DNA of 64,000 nucleotides from an uncultured Alphaproteobacteria bacterium (GTDB taxonomy: Bacteria; Pseudomonadota; Alphaproteobacteria; Rhizobiales; Xanthobacteraceae): contig CAVXAK010000014.1 in NCBI GenBank assembly GCA_963759705.1, forward strand, positions 112,034 to 176,033. The letters are read 5' to 3'. The position numbers and the translations under genes were made by a program. Of the stretch, positions 40,648 to 49,967 are shown one piece after another. A model generated the notes under the pieces. That model was not told where the DNA came from, did no database searches, and saw only the letters and a program-made list of their open reading frames with translations. Position 1 is the first letter of the stretch; each line of letters starts with the position of its first letter.

Positions 40648-42597
40648 TCACTCCGCAGCATCGGCGGCGGGTACGAGTTCTTCCTGCACTGCCGGCGGAT
40701 TGCGGTTCGGAGCGGTCGTATCATCCCCGACCTCGGCGAGAATCTCGCGCGCCATCTGCGCTTCGCGCTGGCGGTTCCACATGCTGGCATAGAGGCCGCC
40801 GCGCGCCAGAAGCTGCGAATGCGTACCGCGCTCGACGATCACGCCCTGATCGAGCACCAGGATCTCGTCGGCGTCGACGATGGTCGACAGCCGGTGCGCG
40901 ATGACCAGCGTCGTGCGGTTGCGCGACACGCGATCGAGTTCGTCCTGAATGTCCTTCTCGGTGTGGCTGTCGAGCGCCGACGTCGCCTCGTCCAGCAGCA
41001 GGATCGGCGGGGCCTTGAGGATGGTGCGCGCTATGGCGACGCGCTGCTTCTCGCCGCCGGAGAGTTTCAGACCGCGCTCGCCGACTTCGGTCTCGTAGCC
41101 CTTGGGCGAGCGCCGAATGAAGCCGTCGATTTGCGCCTGCCGTGCCGCTTCCTCGACCTCGGCATCGGTCGCGTCCCAGCGGCCGTAACGGATATTGTAG
41201 CGGATCGTATCGTTGAACAGCACGGTATCCTGCGGCACCATGCCGATCGAAGCGCGCAGCGACGTCTGCGTGACTTCGCGAATATCTTGGCCATCGATCA
41301 GGATACGGCCGCCGGTAACGTCGTAGAAGCGAAACAGCAGCCGCGAGATCGTCGACTTGCCGGCGCCCGACGGTCCGACAATGGCCACCCTGTGCCCGGC
41401 CGCGACGTCGAAGCTCAAACCTTTGAGAATTTGCCGCGCCGGCTCGTAGGCGAACGACACGTTTTCGAAGCGGATCGCGCCGGCTCGCACCGTCAGCGGC
41501 CTGGCGTCCGGGCTGTCCTCGATTTCCGGCTGGCGCGACAGCATCGAGAACATGATTTCGATGTCGATCACGGCCTGCTTGATCTCGCGGTAGACCATGC
41601 CCATGAAATTCAGCGGCTGATAAAGCTGAATCATCATGGCGTTGATCATGACGAAATCGCCTACGGTATTGGTGCCGTGCTGGATGCCGTAGGCGCACAA
41701 CACCATGGTGGCGGCGAGGCCGAGCGTGAACACGACCGCCTGTCCGGCGTTCAGCACGGCGAGCGACACATAAGCGCGGACGCTCGCATCCTCGTAACGC
41801 GCCATGGAGCGGTCGTAGCGTTTGGCTTCGCGTTCTTCGGCGGAGAAATATTTGACCGTCTCGTAGTTGAGAAGCGAATCGATTGCCTTGGCGTTGGCGT
41901 CGGTGTCGCTGGAATTCATCTCGCGGCGAATGTTGATGCGCCACTCGGTCGCGAGATAAGTAAACCACATATAGAGCGCGACCGTGATCGTGATCGCGAC
42001 CACGTAGCGCCAGTCGAAATGAAACAGCAAAACGGCGACAATCAACGCCAGTTCGACGATGGTCGGGGCGAGTTGCAGCAGCACCATGCGGACGATGGTC
42101 TCGATCGCGTTGCGGCCGCGTTCGAGGACGCGCGTCAGGCCCCCGGTCTTGCGTTCGAGATGAAAGCGCAGAGACAGCAGATGCATGTGCTCGAACGTCA
42201 GCATCGCCAGCCGCCGCACCGCATTCATCGCGACCTTGGCGAAAATGCCGTCGCGAAACTGCGTGAGCACCGCCATCAGGATGCGCATGCCGCCATAGGC
42301 GAGCGTCATCATCACCGGCGTCGCCAGCGCCCAGGCGATCAGATTGTCAGGGCCGAGCGGTGCGGTGCCGTGGCCGGCGAGCGCGTCGGTCGCCCATTTG
42401 AAAGTGAACGGCACCGCGATGGTCGCGAACTTGGCGGCGAACAGCAGCACCGTCGCGAGGATGACGCGGCCTTTCAGGTCACGCCGGTCCGCCGGCCAGA
42501 TATAGGGCCATAGCTGGACAAGCGTCCGCAGCATGGCCCCGCCGTCGCCGGAGACCTCACGTTTGAAGACGTGCGAGGGTCGTTGAAAGTCGCTCAT
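40648..42597 (-). CDS. Atm1/HMT1-type ABC exporter (fused permease-ATPase)
   Basis: 649 aa. Six-TM N-domain. Walker A GPSGAGKST, signature LSGGEKQRVAIAR, Walker B ILLLDEATSALD. Confidence 0.85.
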   Translation of the reverse strand: MSDFQRPSHVFKREVSGDGGAMLRTLVQLWPYIWPADRRDLKGRVILATVLLFAAKFATIAVPFTFKWATDALAGHGTAPLGPDNLIAWALATPVMMTLAYGGMRILMAVLTQFRDGIFAKVAMNAVRRLAMLTFEHMHLLSLRFHLERKTGGLTRVLERGRNAIETIVRMVLLQLAPTIVELALIVAVLLFHFDWRYVVAITITVALYMWFTYLATEWRINIRREMNSSDTDANAKAIDSLLNYETVKYFSAEEREAKRYDRSMARYEDASVRAYVSLAVLNAGQAVVFTLGLAATMVLCAYGIQHGTNTVGDFVMINAMMIQLYQPLNFMGMVYREIKQAVIDIEIMFSMLSRQPEIEDSPDARPLTVRAGAIRFENVSFAYEPARQILKGLSFDVAAGHRVAIVGPSGAGKSTISRLLFRFYDVTGGRILIDGQDIREVTQTSLRASIGMVPQDTVLFNDTIRYNIRYGRWDATDAEVEEAARQAQIDGFIRRSPKGYETEVGERGLKLSGGEKQRVAIARTILKAPPILLLDEATSALDSHTEKDIQDELDRVSRNRTTLVIAHRLSTIVDADEILVLDQGVIVERGTHSQLLARGGLYASMWNRQREAQMAREILAEVGDDTTAPNRNPPAVQEELVPAADAAE

Positions 42598-42769
42598 TGC
42601 AGGCCCGGACCTGGATGGGCCGCAATCGGCCGCCAGTGATCATCGTCATATAGCAGTGATGGTCATATAGAGGTTTTCTTCGCGCTTCGCACCGGCAACC
42701 GCCTTCTGGCAAGGCGCTTGCAGGCTCGACGAATCAAGGCCACATGTATGCCTGAATGAGAATGACTCC

Positions 42770-43372
42770 ATGAGCAAAATCAATGCGCTGTGCGTCTATT
42801 GCGGATCGAGCCCGGGAACCGACCCGGCCTTTGTCGAAGCGGCGCAATCGTTCGGTAAAGTCCTCGCCCAGAACGGCGTTCGGCTTATTTACGGCGGCGG
42901 CTCGGTCGGCCTGATGGGAGCGCTCGCCCATGCCGTACTTGAGCACGGCGGTGAGGCGACCGGGATTATTCCGGAATTTCTGACCAAGCGGGAGCGGCCG
43001 CGGCGCATCGCGCAGGAACTGATCGTGACCCGCGACATGCACGAGCGCAAAAGCACGATGTTCGAGCGCGCCGACGGCTTCGTCGCCCTGCCGGGCGGCG
43101 TCGGCACTCTCGAAGAACTCGTCGAGCAACTGACCTGGGCTCAGCTCGGCCGGCACAAGAAACCGATCCTGATCGCCAATATCAAGGGCTATTGGGACCC
43201 GCTGCTCACGCTGGTGGATCACATGCGCACCCAGCAGTTCATGCCGGCATCGATGCGCGTCGACTTCCTCGTCGCGAAGCGTATCGAGAATATCCTGCCG
43301 CAGATGCGCGAAGCCGCGCGCAGCGTCGCCGAGGCGGAAGAGAAGATGGTGATTCCAGCCGAGCGGCTGTGA
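42770..43372 (+). CDS. LOG-family (TIGR00730) nucleotide 5'-monophosphate nucleosidase
   Basis: VYCGSS...LIYGGGSVGLMG...PGGVGTLEEL motifs. Confidence 0.85.
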   Translation: MSKINALCVYCGSSPGTDPAFVEAAQSFGKVLAQNGVRLIYGGGSVGLMGALAHAVLEHGGEATGIIPEFLTKRERPRRIAQELIVTRDMHERKSTMFERADGFVALPGGVGTLEELVEQLTWAQLGRHKKPILIANIKGYWDPLLTLVDHMRTQQFMPASMRVDFLVAKRIENILPQMREAARSVAEAEEKMVIPAERL

Positions 43373-43380
43373 TCCGTCAT

Positions 43381-43473
43381 CCTGAGGTGCGCGCCGTGTG
43401 CGCCTCGAAGGATGCGGGCCCGAGCGCCTCGGATACATCCTTCGAGGCCCACGCTGCGCGTGGGCACCTCAGG
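43381..43473. repeat. REP-like long palindrome filling a convergent intergenic gap
   Basis: cctgaggtgcgcgc...gcctcgaaggatg at 43381-414 is mirrored by catccttcgaggc...gggcacctcagg at 43436-473. It overlaps the stop codon of the VOC gene. Confidence 0.7.
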
Positions 43474-43864
43474 ATAACAATTCAGCATCCGGCAAGAACG
43501 TCACCGCCTCGATGCGGTTACCATCCGGGTCGCGAACGAAGGCGGCGTAATAGCGCAAGTGATATTTCGGCCGGAGCCCAGGCGCGCCATCGGACGTGGC
43601 GCCGGCCTTCAGTGCCGCCGCGTGGAAAGCATCCACCGCCGCGCTGTCAGGGGCGCGTAAGCAAACATGGACGCCGCTGTCGTCGGCGACCTTGCTCATC
43701 GCCTCGCGGCGATTGATCCAGAACTCCGGGTACTTCTTGCCGAAGCCGACCGCGGCCTCCGGCCACTCGCGGAGCTTCGCCATGCCGAGGGGGGCGAGCA
43801 GCGCCGCGTAGAAGGCTTCGGCCTCGGCAAGATTGCGCACAGCGAAGGAAACATGATCGATCAT
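43469..43864 (-). CDS. VOC/glyoxalase-family protein
   Basis: 131 aa. MIDHVSFAVRNLAEAEAFY...YYAAFVRDPDGNRIEAV. Confidence 0.8.
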   Translation of the reverse strand: MIDHVSFAVRNLAEAEAFYAALLAPLGMAKLREWPEAAVGFGKKYPEFWINRREAMSKVADDSGVHVCLRAPDSAAVDAFHAAALKAGATSDGAPGLRPKYHLRYYAAFVRDPDGNRIEAVTFLPDAELLS

Positions 43865-43911
43865 GAGGCGATCCTATTCCCCTGCCCCTTACGAGAGGAG
43901 AGGAGTTTTGC

Positions 43912-45507
43912 TCAGGCCGGCGCCCCGGATTTGACCAGCTTGTAGACAATGGAATCCATCAGCGCCTGGAACGACGCGTCGATGATGTTCGCTGACACGC
44001 CGACCGTGGTCCAATGGTCGCCGCTTTCGTCGGCGCTTTCAATAAGCACGCGCGTCACCGCCTCCGTCCCGGCGTTGAGGATACGCACGCGATAATCCGT
44101 CAGTTCGAGGCCGGTAATGTAGCTCTGGTATTTGCCGAGGTCCTTGCGCAGCGCGACGTCGAGCGCGTTCACCGGACCGTTGCCTTCGGCGGCCGAGATG
44201 AGAATGTCGTCGCCGACCTTCACCTTCACCACCGCCTGGCTGACGGTGACCCGCTCTCCCTTGGCGTTGATGCGCTGCTCGACGTTGACGTCGAATTTCT
44301 CGACGTCGAAATAGTGCGGCACCTGGCCGAGCATGCGACGGGCGAGCAATTCGAATGAGGCGTCGGCCGCCTCATAGGCGTAACCGATCGCCTCGCGGTC
44401 TTTCACCTCGTCGAGCAGGCGAATAACCCGCGCGTCGTCCTTGTCGATCGCAAGACCAATCCGTTCCAGTTCCGCCAGTACGTTCGAGCGGCCGGCCTGA
44501 TCCGAAACCAGAAGCTTTCGCTTGTTGCCGACAAGCTCCGGCGCGACGTGTTCGTAGGTCGCCGGTTCTTTCATGATCGCCGAGGCATGGATGCCCGCCT
44601 TAGTGGCAAACGCGCTTTCGCCGACGTACGGCGCATGACGGTCGGGCGCGCGATTGAGCATCTCGTCAAGCGCATGCGAGACGTGCGCAAGGCTGTGAAG
44701 CTTTTCGTCGGACACGCCGATCTCGAAATTCTCCGCATATTCCGGCTTGAGTTTCAGCGTCGGAATGATGGAGATGAGGTTGGCGTTGCCGCAGCGCTCG
44801 CCCAATCCATTAAGCGTGCCCTGGATCTGGCGCGCGCCGGCGCGCACCGCGGCAAACGAATTCGCCACGGCTTGCTCGGTGTCGTTGTGAGCGTGAATGC
44901 CGACGTGATCGCCCGGGATCGCCTTGCACACGTCGCCGACGATCTGTTCCACCTCGTGCGGCAGCGTGCCGCCGTTGGTGTCGCAGAGCACGATCCAGCG
45001 CGCACCTTCGTCGTAGGCAGCCTTGGCGCAGGCGAGCGCAAAAGCAGGTTTCGCCTTATAGCCGTCGAAGAAATGCTCGCAGTCGAGCAGCACCTCACGG
45101 CCTTTGGCCTTGGCGGCCCGCACACTGTCACGGATCGAAGCGAGGTTTTCCTCCTCCGTCGTCTCCAGCGCGACGCGCACGTGATAGTCCCAGGATTTGG
45201 CGACGAAGCAGATAGCGTCGGCCTTGGCGTCAAGAAGCACAGCGAGACCCGGATCGTTCGACGTCGAGCGGCCAGGCCGCCGCGTCATGCCGAACGCGGT
45301 GAGCTTGCCGTGCAGAGGCCGCTTCTCGGCGAAGAAACTGGTGTCGGTCGGGTTGGCGCCCGGATAGCCGGCCTCGACATAGTCGATGCCGAGCTCGTCG
45401 AGCATGCGCGCAATGACGAGCTTGTCGGCAAGCGTGAAGTCGACGCCGTTCGTCTGCGCTCCATCGCGCAGCGTGGTGTCGAACAAATAAAGCCGTTCGC
45501 GCGCCAT
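43912..45507 (-). CDS. cimA: Citramalate synthase / LeuA-family (CimA-type)
   Basis: 531 aa. LFDTTLRDGAQ..., HAHNDTEQAVANS, and a C-terminal LeuA-dimer-like domain. Length and N-terminus fit CimA rather than LeuA. Confidence 0.8.
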   Translation of the reverse strand: MARERLYLFDTTLRDGAQTNGVDFTLADKLVIARMLDELGIDYVEAGYPGANPTDTSFFAEKRPLHGKLTAFGMTRRPGRSTSNDPGLAVLLDAKADAICFVAKSWDYHVRVALETTEEENLASIRDSVRAAKAKGREVLLDCEHFFDGYKAKPAFALACAKAAYDEGARWIVLCDTNGGTLPHEVEQIVGDVCKAIPGDHVGIHAHNDTEQAVANSFAAVRAGARQIQGTLNGLGERCGNANLISIIPTLKLKPEYAENFEIGVSDEKLHSLAHVSHALDEMLNRAPDRHAPYVGESAFATKAGIHASAIMKEPATYEHVAPELVGNKRKLLVSDQAGRSNVLAELERIGLAIDKDDARVIRLLDEVKDREAIGYAYEAADASFELLARRMLGQVPHYFDVEKFDVNVEQRINAKGERVTVSQAVVKVKVGDDILISAAEGNGPVNALDVALRKDLGKYQSYITGLELTDYRVRILNAGTEAVTRVLIESADESGDHWTTVGVSANIIDASFQALMDSIVYKLVKSGAPA

Positions 45508-45514
45508 GACGATC

Positions 45515-45622
45515 TCACCAAAGATAATAGTTCGACGCCAATGCGACCGCGATCACGATGGCGATGAGCGCAATCACCACGTGGTGGGTCCGCAAGCCGA
45601 AGAACGTCGAGTGCTCTTCCAT
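45515..45622 (-). CDS. Possible 35-aa single-pass membrane peptide (MEEHSTFFGLRTHHVVIALIAIVIAVALASNYYLW)
   Basis: ATG 45622 is preceded by GAGGA overlapping the upstream stop. It ends 7 nt before the cimA start. Below the ORF-track cut-off. Confidence 0.45.
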   Translation of the reverse strand: MEEHSTFFGLRTHHVVIALIAIVIAVALASNYYLW

Positions 45623-45633
45623 GGTGCAAGTCC

Positions 45634-45756
45634 TCAACCGGAATAAAGCCGATAGGCGGTATACAACGTAATACCGGCCGCGGCGGCGATGACCAGGTAT
45701 TTCAGGATGAAATAATAGAGCCAGTGACGCTGGAACGGTGAGTCGGCGCGCTTCAT
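45634..45756 (-). CDS. Possible 40-aa single-pass membrane peptide (MKRADSPFQRHWLYYFILKYLVIAAAAGITLYTAYRLYSG)
   Basis: ATG 45756 overlaps the GNAT stop as ATGA. Hydrophobic helix. Confidence 0.45.
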   Translation of the reverse strand: MKRADSPFQRHWLYYFILKYLVIAAAAGITLYTAYRLYSG

Positions 45757-46274
45757 GATGCGCCTCCCTTGGATGCGCCGGTTTTGGCGGCGAGCTGTTT
45801 GATCATCGTAGTGTTGGCGAGCCATTCGCCGGCGCGGAACACGGTGTTGCGGGTCTTCGCGGTGAATCCGCGCCGCTCGAAGAAGCCGCGCGCCGTATCG
45901 CTCGCCTCAACAGTGAGCGCTTTGGTGCCCCGCGCGGCGCCAAGCTTTTCCAGCGCGTCGCAGAGCATGGAGCCGGCGCCCTGCCCGGCCGCCGCCGGAT
46001 GCACATAGAGCATGTCGATCCGCGCGTTGTCGGCGAGCGACGCGAAGCCGACCGCGGAGCCGCCGAATGTCGCCACCAGAGTCAGTTGCGCAGCCAGCCG
46101 CGCGCCGAAATTTTCCAGATCGTCAGCGGTCTCGGCCCAGGCTTGCTGCTGCGCCTCGCTGTAGTCTTCGGCAGTCAGCTCTTCGATGCTGGCGCGGAAG
46201 ATCTCGGCAAGCAGCGGTACGTCCTCCGGCAGCATCGGCCGCATCGCGAGCGTTGTTTGGGGACGGGCAATCAT
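45753..46274 (-). CDS. GNAT-family N-acetyltransferase
   Basis: 173 aa. Acetyl-CoA motif LYVHPAAAGQGAGSML...RGFFERRGF. Confidence 0.8.
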   Translation of the reverse strand: MIARPQTTLAMRPMLPEDVPLLAEIFRASIEELTAEDYSEAQQQAWAETADDLENFGARLAAQLTLVATFGGSAVGFASLADNARIDMLYVHPAAAGQGAGSMLCDALEKLGAARGTKALTVEASDTARGFFERRGFTAKTRNTVFRAGEWLANTTMIKQLAAKTGASKGGAS

Positions 46275-46299
46275 CAGGCAGTTTCCCGAAAGGGGCCAA

Positions 46300-46385
46300 T
46301 GGCGTCATGCCCGCGCCTGTCGCGGGCATCCCGACAAGCCGTGCACGGCGGTCCGGGATGGCCGGGACAAGCCCGGCCATGATGG
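46300..46385. repeat. REP-like element with two hairpins (atgcccgcg-cctgt-cgcgggcat; ggccggg-acaa-cccggcc)
   Basis: Hairpins at 46307-29 and 46360-78. The spurious translation MAGLVPAI... is the hallmark of a repeat family common in this group. Confidence 0.7.
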
Positions 46386-46392
46386 CGGAGGA

Positions 46393-47811
46393 TCATCGCG
46401 CGATCTCCCAGGTGGTGCCGTCTTTGCTGTCTTTCAAGACGATGCCCATCTTGGCGAGTTCGTCGCGGATGCGGTCGGACTCTTTCCAGTCTTTTCTAGC
46501 GCGAGCCGCACTACGCTCGTCTACAAAATGTTGGATATCCCACTGCGAAGGACCGCTGCCAACGACCACGCCGTAGCCGTAGACATCATCTGTTTTTTCA
46601 CCATTCCAGATGCCAAGCCATTGTAAGGCGGAGGCTAACCTGATCGAGGCATCAGGATTTGTACGACGGCGCGTTCCCCGAAAAAGCTGAGAAACGACAG
46701 CTATTGCAGCGGGGGAGTTCAAGTCATCGCTGAGCGCTGAGACGAGTTCATCAGGAACCGGCACCGGGTATTGCTCAAAGCCTATCGCGCAATCGATCCA
46801 TTCCTTAAGCATCCGCCGCGCCTCAACAAGGCGGTCGACTGTAAAGTCAATGGGCTGTCGATAATGCGTCATCAGCATTGCCAGCCGCAGCACATATCCA
46901 TGCCAGTGGTTTGATCCAAAATCATTCGTGTGGAGCAACTCATGAATCGTCACGAAGTTGCCGAGCGACTTCGACATCTTCTCGCCTTCGACCTGAAGAA
47001 AGCCGTTGTGCATCCAGTAATTCGCCATCACCGGCGTATGGAAGGCGCAGCGCGATTGCGCGATCTCGTCCTCATGGTGCGGAAACACCAGATCGATGCC
47101 GCCGCCGTGGATGTCGAAAACTTCGCCCAGATATTTCCACGACATCGCCGAGCATTCGATGTGCCAGCCGGGCCGGCCCGGCGCCTTGATACCGGCGGGC
47201 GACGGCCAGGCCGGCTCGCCGGGTTTTGACGGCTTCCACAGCACGAAATCCCGCGGGTCTTTTTTGTAGGCTGCGACTTCGACGCGGGCGCCGGCGATCA
47301 TCTCGTCGAGCGGCCGTTTCGACAGCGCGCCATAATCCGGCATCGACGGCACGCTGAACAGCACGTTGTCCTCGGCGACGTAGGCGTTGCCGGAGCCGAT
47401 CAGCCGCTCGATCAGCGTGCGCATCTCGGCGATGTGCTCGGTGGCACGCGGTTCGATCGTCGGCGGCAGGCACCCGAGCGCCGCGACGTCCTCGTGGAAT
47501 TGCCGGTCGGTCTTCTCGGTGACCTTTCGGATCGCCTCGTTGAGCGGGAGGCCGGGATACTCCTCCGCGGCCCGCGCGTTGATCTTGTCGTCGACGTCGG
47601 TGATGTTGCGGACATAGGTGACGTGATCGGCGCCATAGAGGTGCCGCAGCAGGCGGAACAGCACGTCGAACACGATGACCGGCCGCGCATTGCCGATATG
47701 GGCGAAGTCGTAGACCGTCGGCCCGCACACATACATGCGCACGTTCGCCGGATCGAGCGGTCTGAAAACCCGCTTTTCGCGCGTCAGCGTATCGTAGAGT
47801 TTGAGTTCCAT
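46393..47811 (-). CDS. cysS: Cysteine--tRNA ligase
   Basis: 472 aa. HIGN and KMSKS class I motifs. Confidence 0.95.
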   Translation of the reverse strand: MELKLYDTLTREKRVFRPLDPANVRMYVCGPTVYDFAHIGNARPVIVFDVLFRLLRHLYGADHVTYVRNITDVDDKINARAAEEYPGLPLNEAIRKVTEKTDRQFHEDVAALGCLPPTIEPRATEHIAEMRTLIERLIGSGNAYVAEDNVLFSVPSMPDYGALSKRPLDEMIAGARVEVAAYKKDPRDFVLWKPSKPGEPAWPSPAGIKAPGRPGWHIECSAMSWKYLGEVFDIHGGGIDLVFPHHEDEIAQSRCAFHTPVMANYWMHNGFLQVEGEKMSKSLGNFVTIHELLHTNDFGSNHWHGYVLRLAMLMTHYRQPIDFTVDRLVEARRMLKEWIDCAIGFEQYPVPVPDELVSALSDDLNSPAAIAVVSQLFRGTRRRTNPDASIRLASALQWLGIWNGEKTDDVYGYGVVVGSGPSQWDIQHFVDERSAARARKDWKESDRIRDELAKMGIVLKDSKDGTTWEIAR

Positions 47812-48268
47812 CGGATCGAATCACGCGCCTCTGGCCTGCTGGCCGGGCGTCTAACGGTCTCGATGATGAGAAAAGACGGCCCACAGCCAGCGTTTGTCGC
47901 TAGCGGATAATCTCCCGGCAAATGCCGCAGATAGTGTTAAGGCCGTTCATGTCCGCACAATGGTCGAGGCGGGCCATGGCGTCAAGGTCCGCGATCAAGG
48001 GCCGCGATCAACGTCCTGCGTGCTGTCGCCGGGGCGCCACGCCGACGCAAAATCTGCGCGTCAGACTGTGGAAATGTTGCGGTCGCAGCGGCACGGCGTT
48101 GCCGCCAGCGGCAAATCATGAGACAGCCGAGCGGCAAATTGCTCACCGGTCCCGCCAGTTAACGAGACCTTAACCCCGCCGTCGCAATCTGAGTGTCGGG
48201 TGTTTGTCGCCGCGGGGCGGCCGTTGAAGCATCCGTTCAGTTCAGTGGGGATTGAAGTGGGGGCCTCC

Positions 48269-48580
48269 ATGCGTTCCGTGATCGCGGCCGGTGCCTTCGC
48301 CGCCTTGTTGTTCAGCGTCGCCGCCGCTCAGGCGGAAAGGCGCATTTTCATCATCGCCAACAATTCCGACGGCTACGGCGTCGACCGTTGCCTTGCATCC
48401 GGCGCAAGCTGCGGCACGGCCGTTGCCAACTCCTACTGCCGCGGGCGCGAGTTTTCGCAGGCGCTGTCGTTCCGTAAGGTCGACCGCGACGAACTGACCG
48501 GCGCCATTCCATCGAGCGGCCCTGGCTCCTGTCACGGCGCCGCCTGCGACGACTTCGTCGCCATCGAGTGCGCACGCTGA
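48269..48580 (+). CDS. Hypothetical secreted Cys-rich small protein
   Basis: Signal peptide MRSVIAAGAFAALLFSVAAAQA, then six Cys in the roughly 80-residue mature protein. Confidence 0.55.
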   Translation: MRSVIAAGAFAALLFSVAAAQAERRIFIIANNSDGYGVDRCLASGASCGTAVANSYCRGREFSQALSFRKVDRDELTGAIPSSGPGSCHGAACDDFVAIECAR

Positions 48581-48640
48581 AACTGATAGCCGATCGCAGG
48601 GGCGAATAGCGAAATCGCCCCTACCCGCTGTTCACAGCCG

Positions 48641-49099
48641 TCAGCCTTTGCCTGAGAGCATCTGGTCGATACTGAAGCGGCCGCCTCCGGTGACGAACAG
48701 GAGAATCAGCCCGCCAGCGACGGCAAGATTCTTGGTGAGGAAAATATATTGGATGCCTTGCTGCGCCTGAGGGTAGCCCCAGTAGCGGTGCGCAGTCACG
48801 GTCGCGATGATCACGAACAGCAGGCCCAGCAAGGCGCCATAGCGTGTCGCGATCCCAAGCACGAGCGAAACAATGACAATGAATTCCGCCGTAATGGCGA
48901 GCAGGCTCATCGCGCTCGGAGCCGGATAGCCGAGGGACGTCAGATAGCCGACATTCGGCGAACCAAACCAGGCGGTCAGGAAAAATAAAGCGGCTATCAG
49001 CAGCCGCCCCAGCAAAATCAGCGCATCACTCATTCCTGCTGCGATGCCGTCGGTGCAGGACAGCAACGGATGTGATGATCTGTTCGATTGTAGCGACAT
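48641..49099 (-). CDS. DoxX-family membrane protein
   Basis: Four hydrophobic helices. LGRLLIAALFFLTAW...HRYW... fits the DoxX pattern. Confidence 0.75.
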   Translation of the reverse strand: MSLQSNRSSHPLLSCTDGIAAGMSDALILLGRLLIAALFFLTAWFGSPNVGYLTSLGYPAPSAMSLLAITAEFIVIVSLVLGIATRYGALLGLLFVIIATVTAHRYWGYPQAQQGIQYIFLTKNLAVAGGLILLFVTGGGRFSIDQMLSGKG

Positions 49100-49334
49100 G
49101 AGTGTCCCTCCCCCATTTGGGGCCGGCTCGTAAAGCCGGCTCCCGTCTCGTCAGAGTAGCACCGATATGAACACCGGACAGGGCGATTGTGTTCGCCTCG
49201 GACCGTTGGGATATCCCCCGGGGGCACCCGCGGCGGCAAACTCTTACCGTTGCGTGCGCCCGCGAGTTCGGCCATGTTCGGCGCCGTTACGCCGCAAAAT
49301 GCGATGGGGCCGACGGCGTATCAAGAGGCGCACC

Positions 49335-49913
49335 ATGGCGCGTGCCACGCCAAGTACCATGGGAAGTCACCGCTCAGCCGAAGGCGACGGAGCCCAAGAG
49401 ACGGTCGCGGGCTCGGCGACGGAGCGCGAACGGGCGCCGCTGAAGCTCGAACAGTTCTTGCCTTATCAGCTCAACGTGGTGTCCAGCCTGGTCTCGCAGG
49501 CGCTGTCGCGGGTCTACGCGCGCCGCTATCGCATCGGCGTGCCGGAATGGCGGGTGCTGGTGACGCTCGGCCAGTACGGCGTGATGACCGGGAAGGCCGT
49601 CGGCGCCCACACCCATATGCACAAGACCAAAGTCTCTCGCGCAGTGGCGCTCCTGGAGAAGCGCAAGCTTCTGGTGCGGCGCGCCAATCGCGACGACATG
49701 CGCGAATCCTTCCTCTCGCTCAGTGGCGCGGGGCGGACGATGTACGAGGAGCTTGCACCGCACGCGCTTGATTTCGCCCGCCGGCTCACGGAAATCCTGA
49801 CGCCCGCGGACCGCGAAGGCTTTTACCGCGCATTGAAGCAGCTCACCGAGAGATCCGCGCAGCTCGTCGCCGAAGTCGAGCAGCAAAGCGAAAGCGAAGA
49901 CGTTGAAGATTGA
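49335..49913 (+). CDS. MarR-family transcriptional regulator
   Basis: Winged-helix region WRVLVTLGQYGVMTGKAVGAHTHMHKTKVSRAVALLEKRKLLVRRAN. Acidic tail. The start could be 49335 or 49359. Confidence 0.8.
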   Translation: MARATPSTMGSHRSAEGDGAQETVAGSATERERAPLKLEQFLPYQLNVVSSLVSQALSRVYARRYRIGVPEWRVLVTLGQYGVMTGKAVGAHTHMHKTKVSRAVALLEKRKLLVRRANRDDMRESFLSLSGAGRTMYEELAPHALDFARRLTEILTPADREGFYRALKQLTERSAQLVAEVEQQSESEDVED

Positions 49914-49962
49914 AGATTGAAGATCGGAAAGTTGAAAGCGTCGAAAGTTGAAAAGTTGGAGG
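49880..49962 (+). repeat. Purine-rich (GAA/TTGAAG) degenerate tandem-repeat tract
   Basis: ttgaaga occurs three times in tandem (49903-49923), then gttgaaag and gttgaaaag. The tract spans the marR 3' end and the marR-maiA spacer. Confidence 0.6.
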
Positions 49963-49967
49963 AACTC

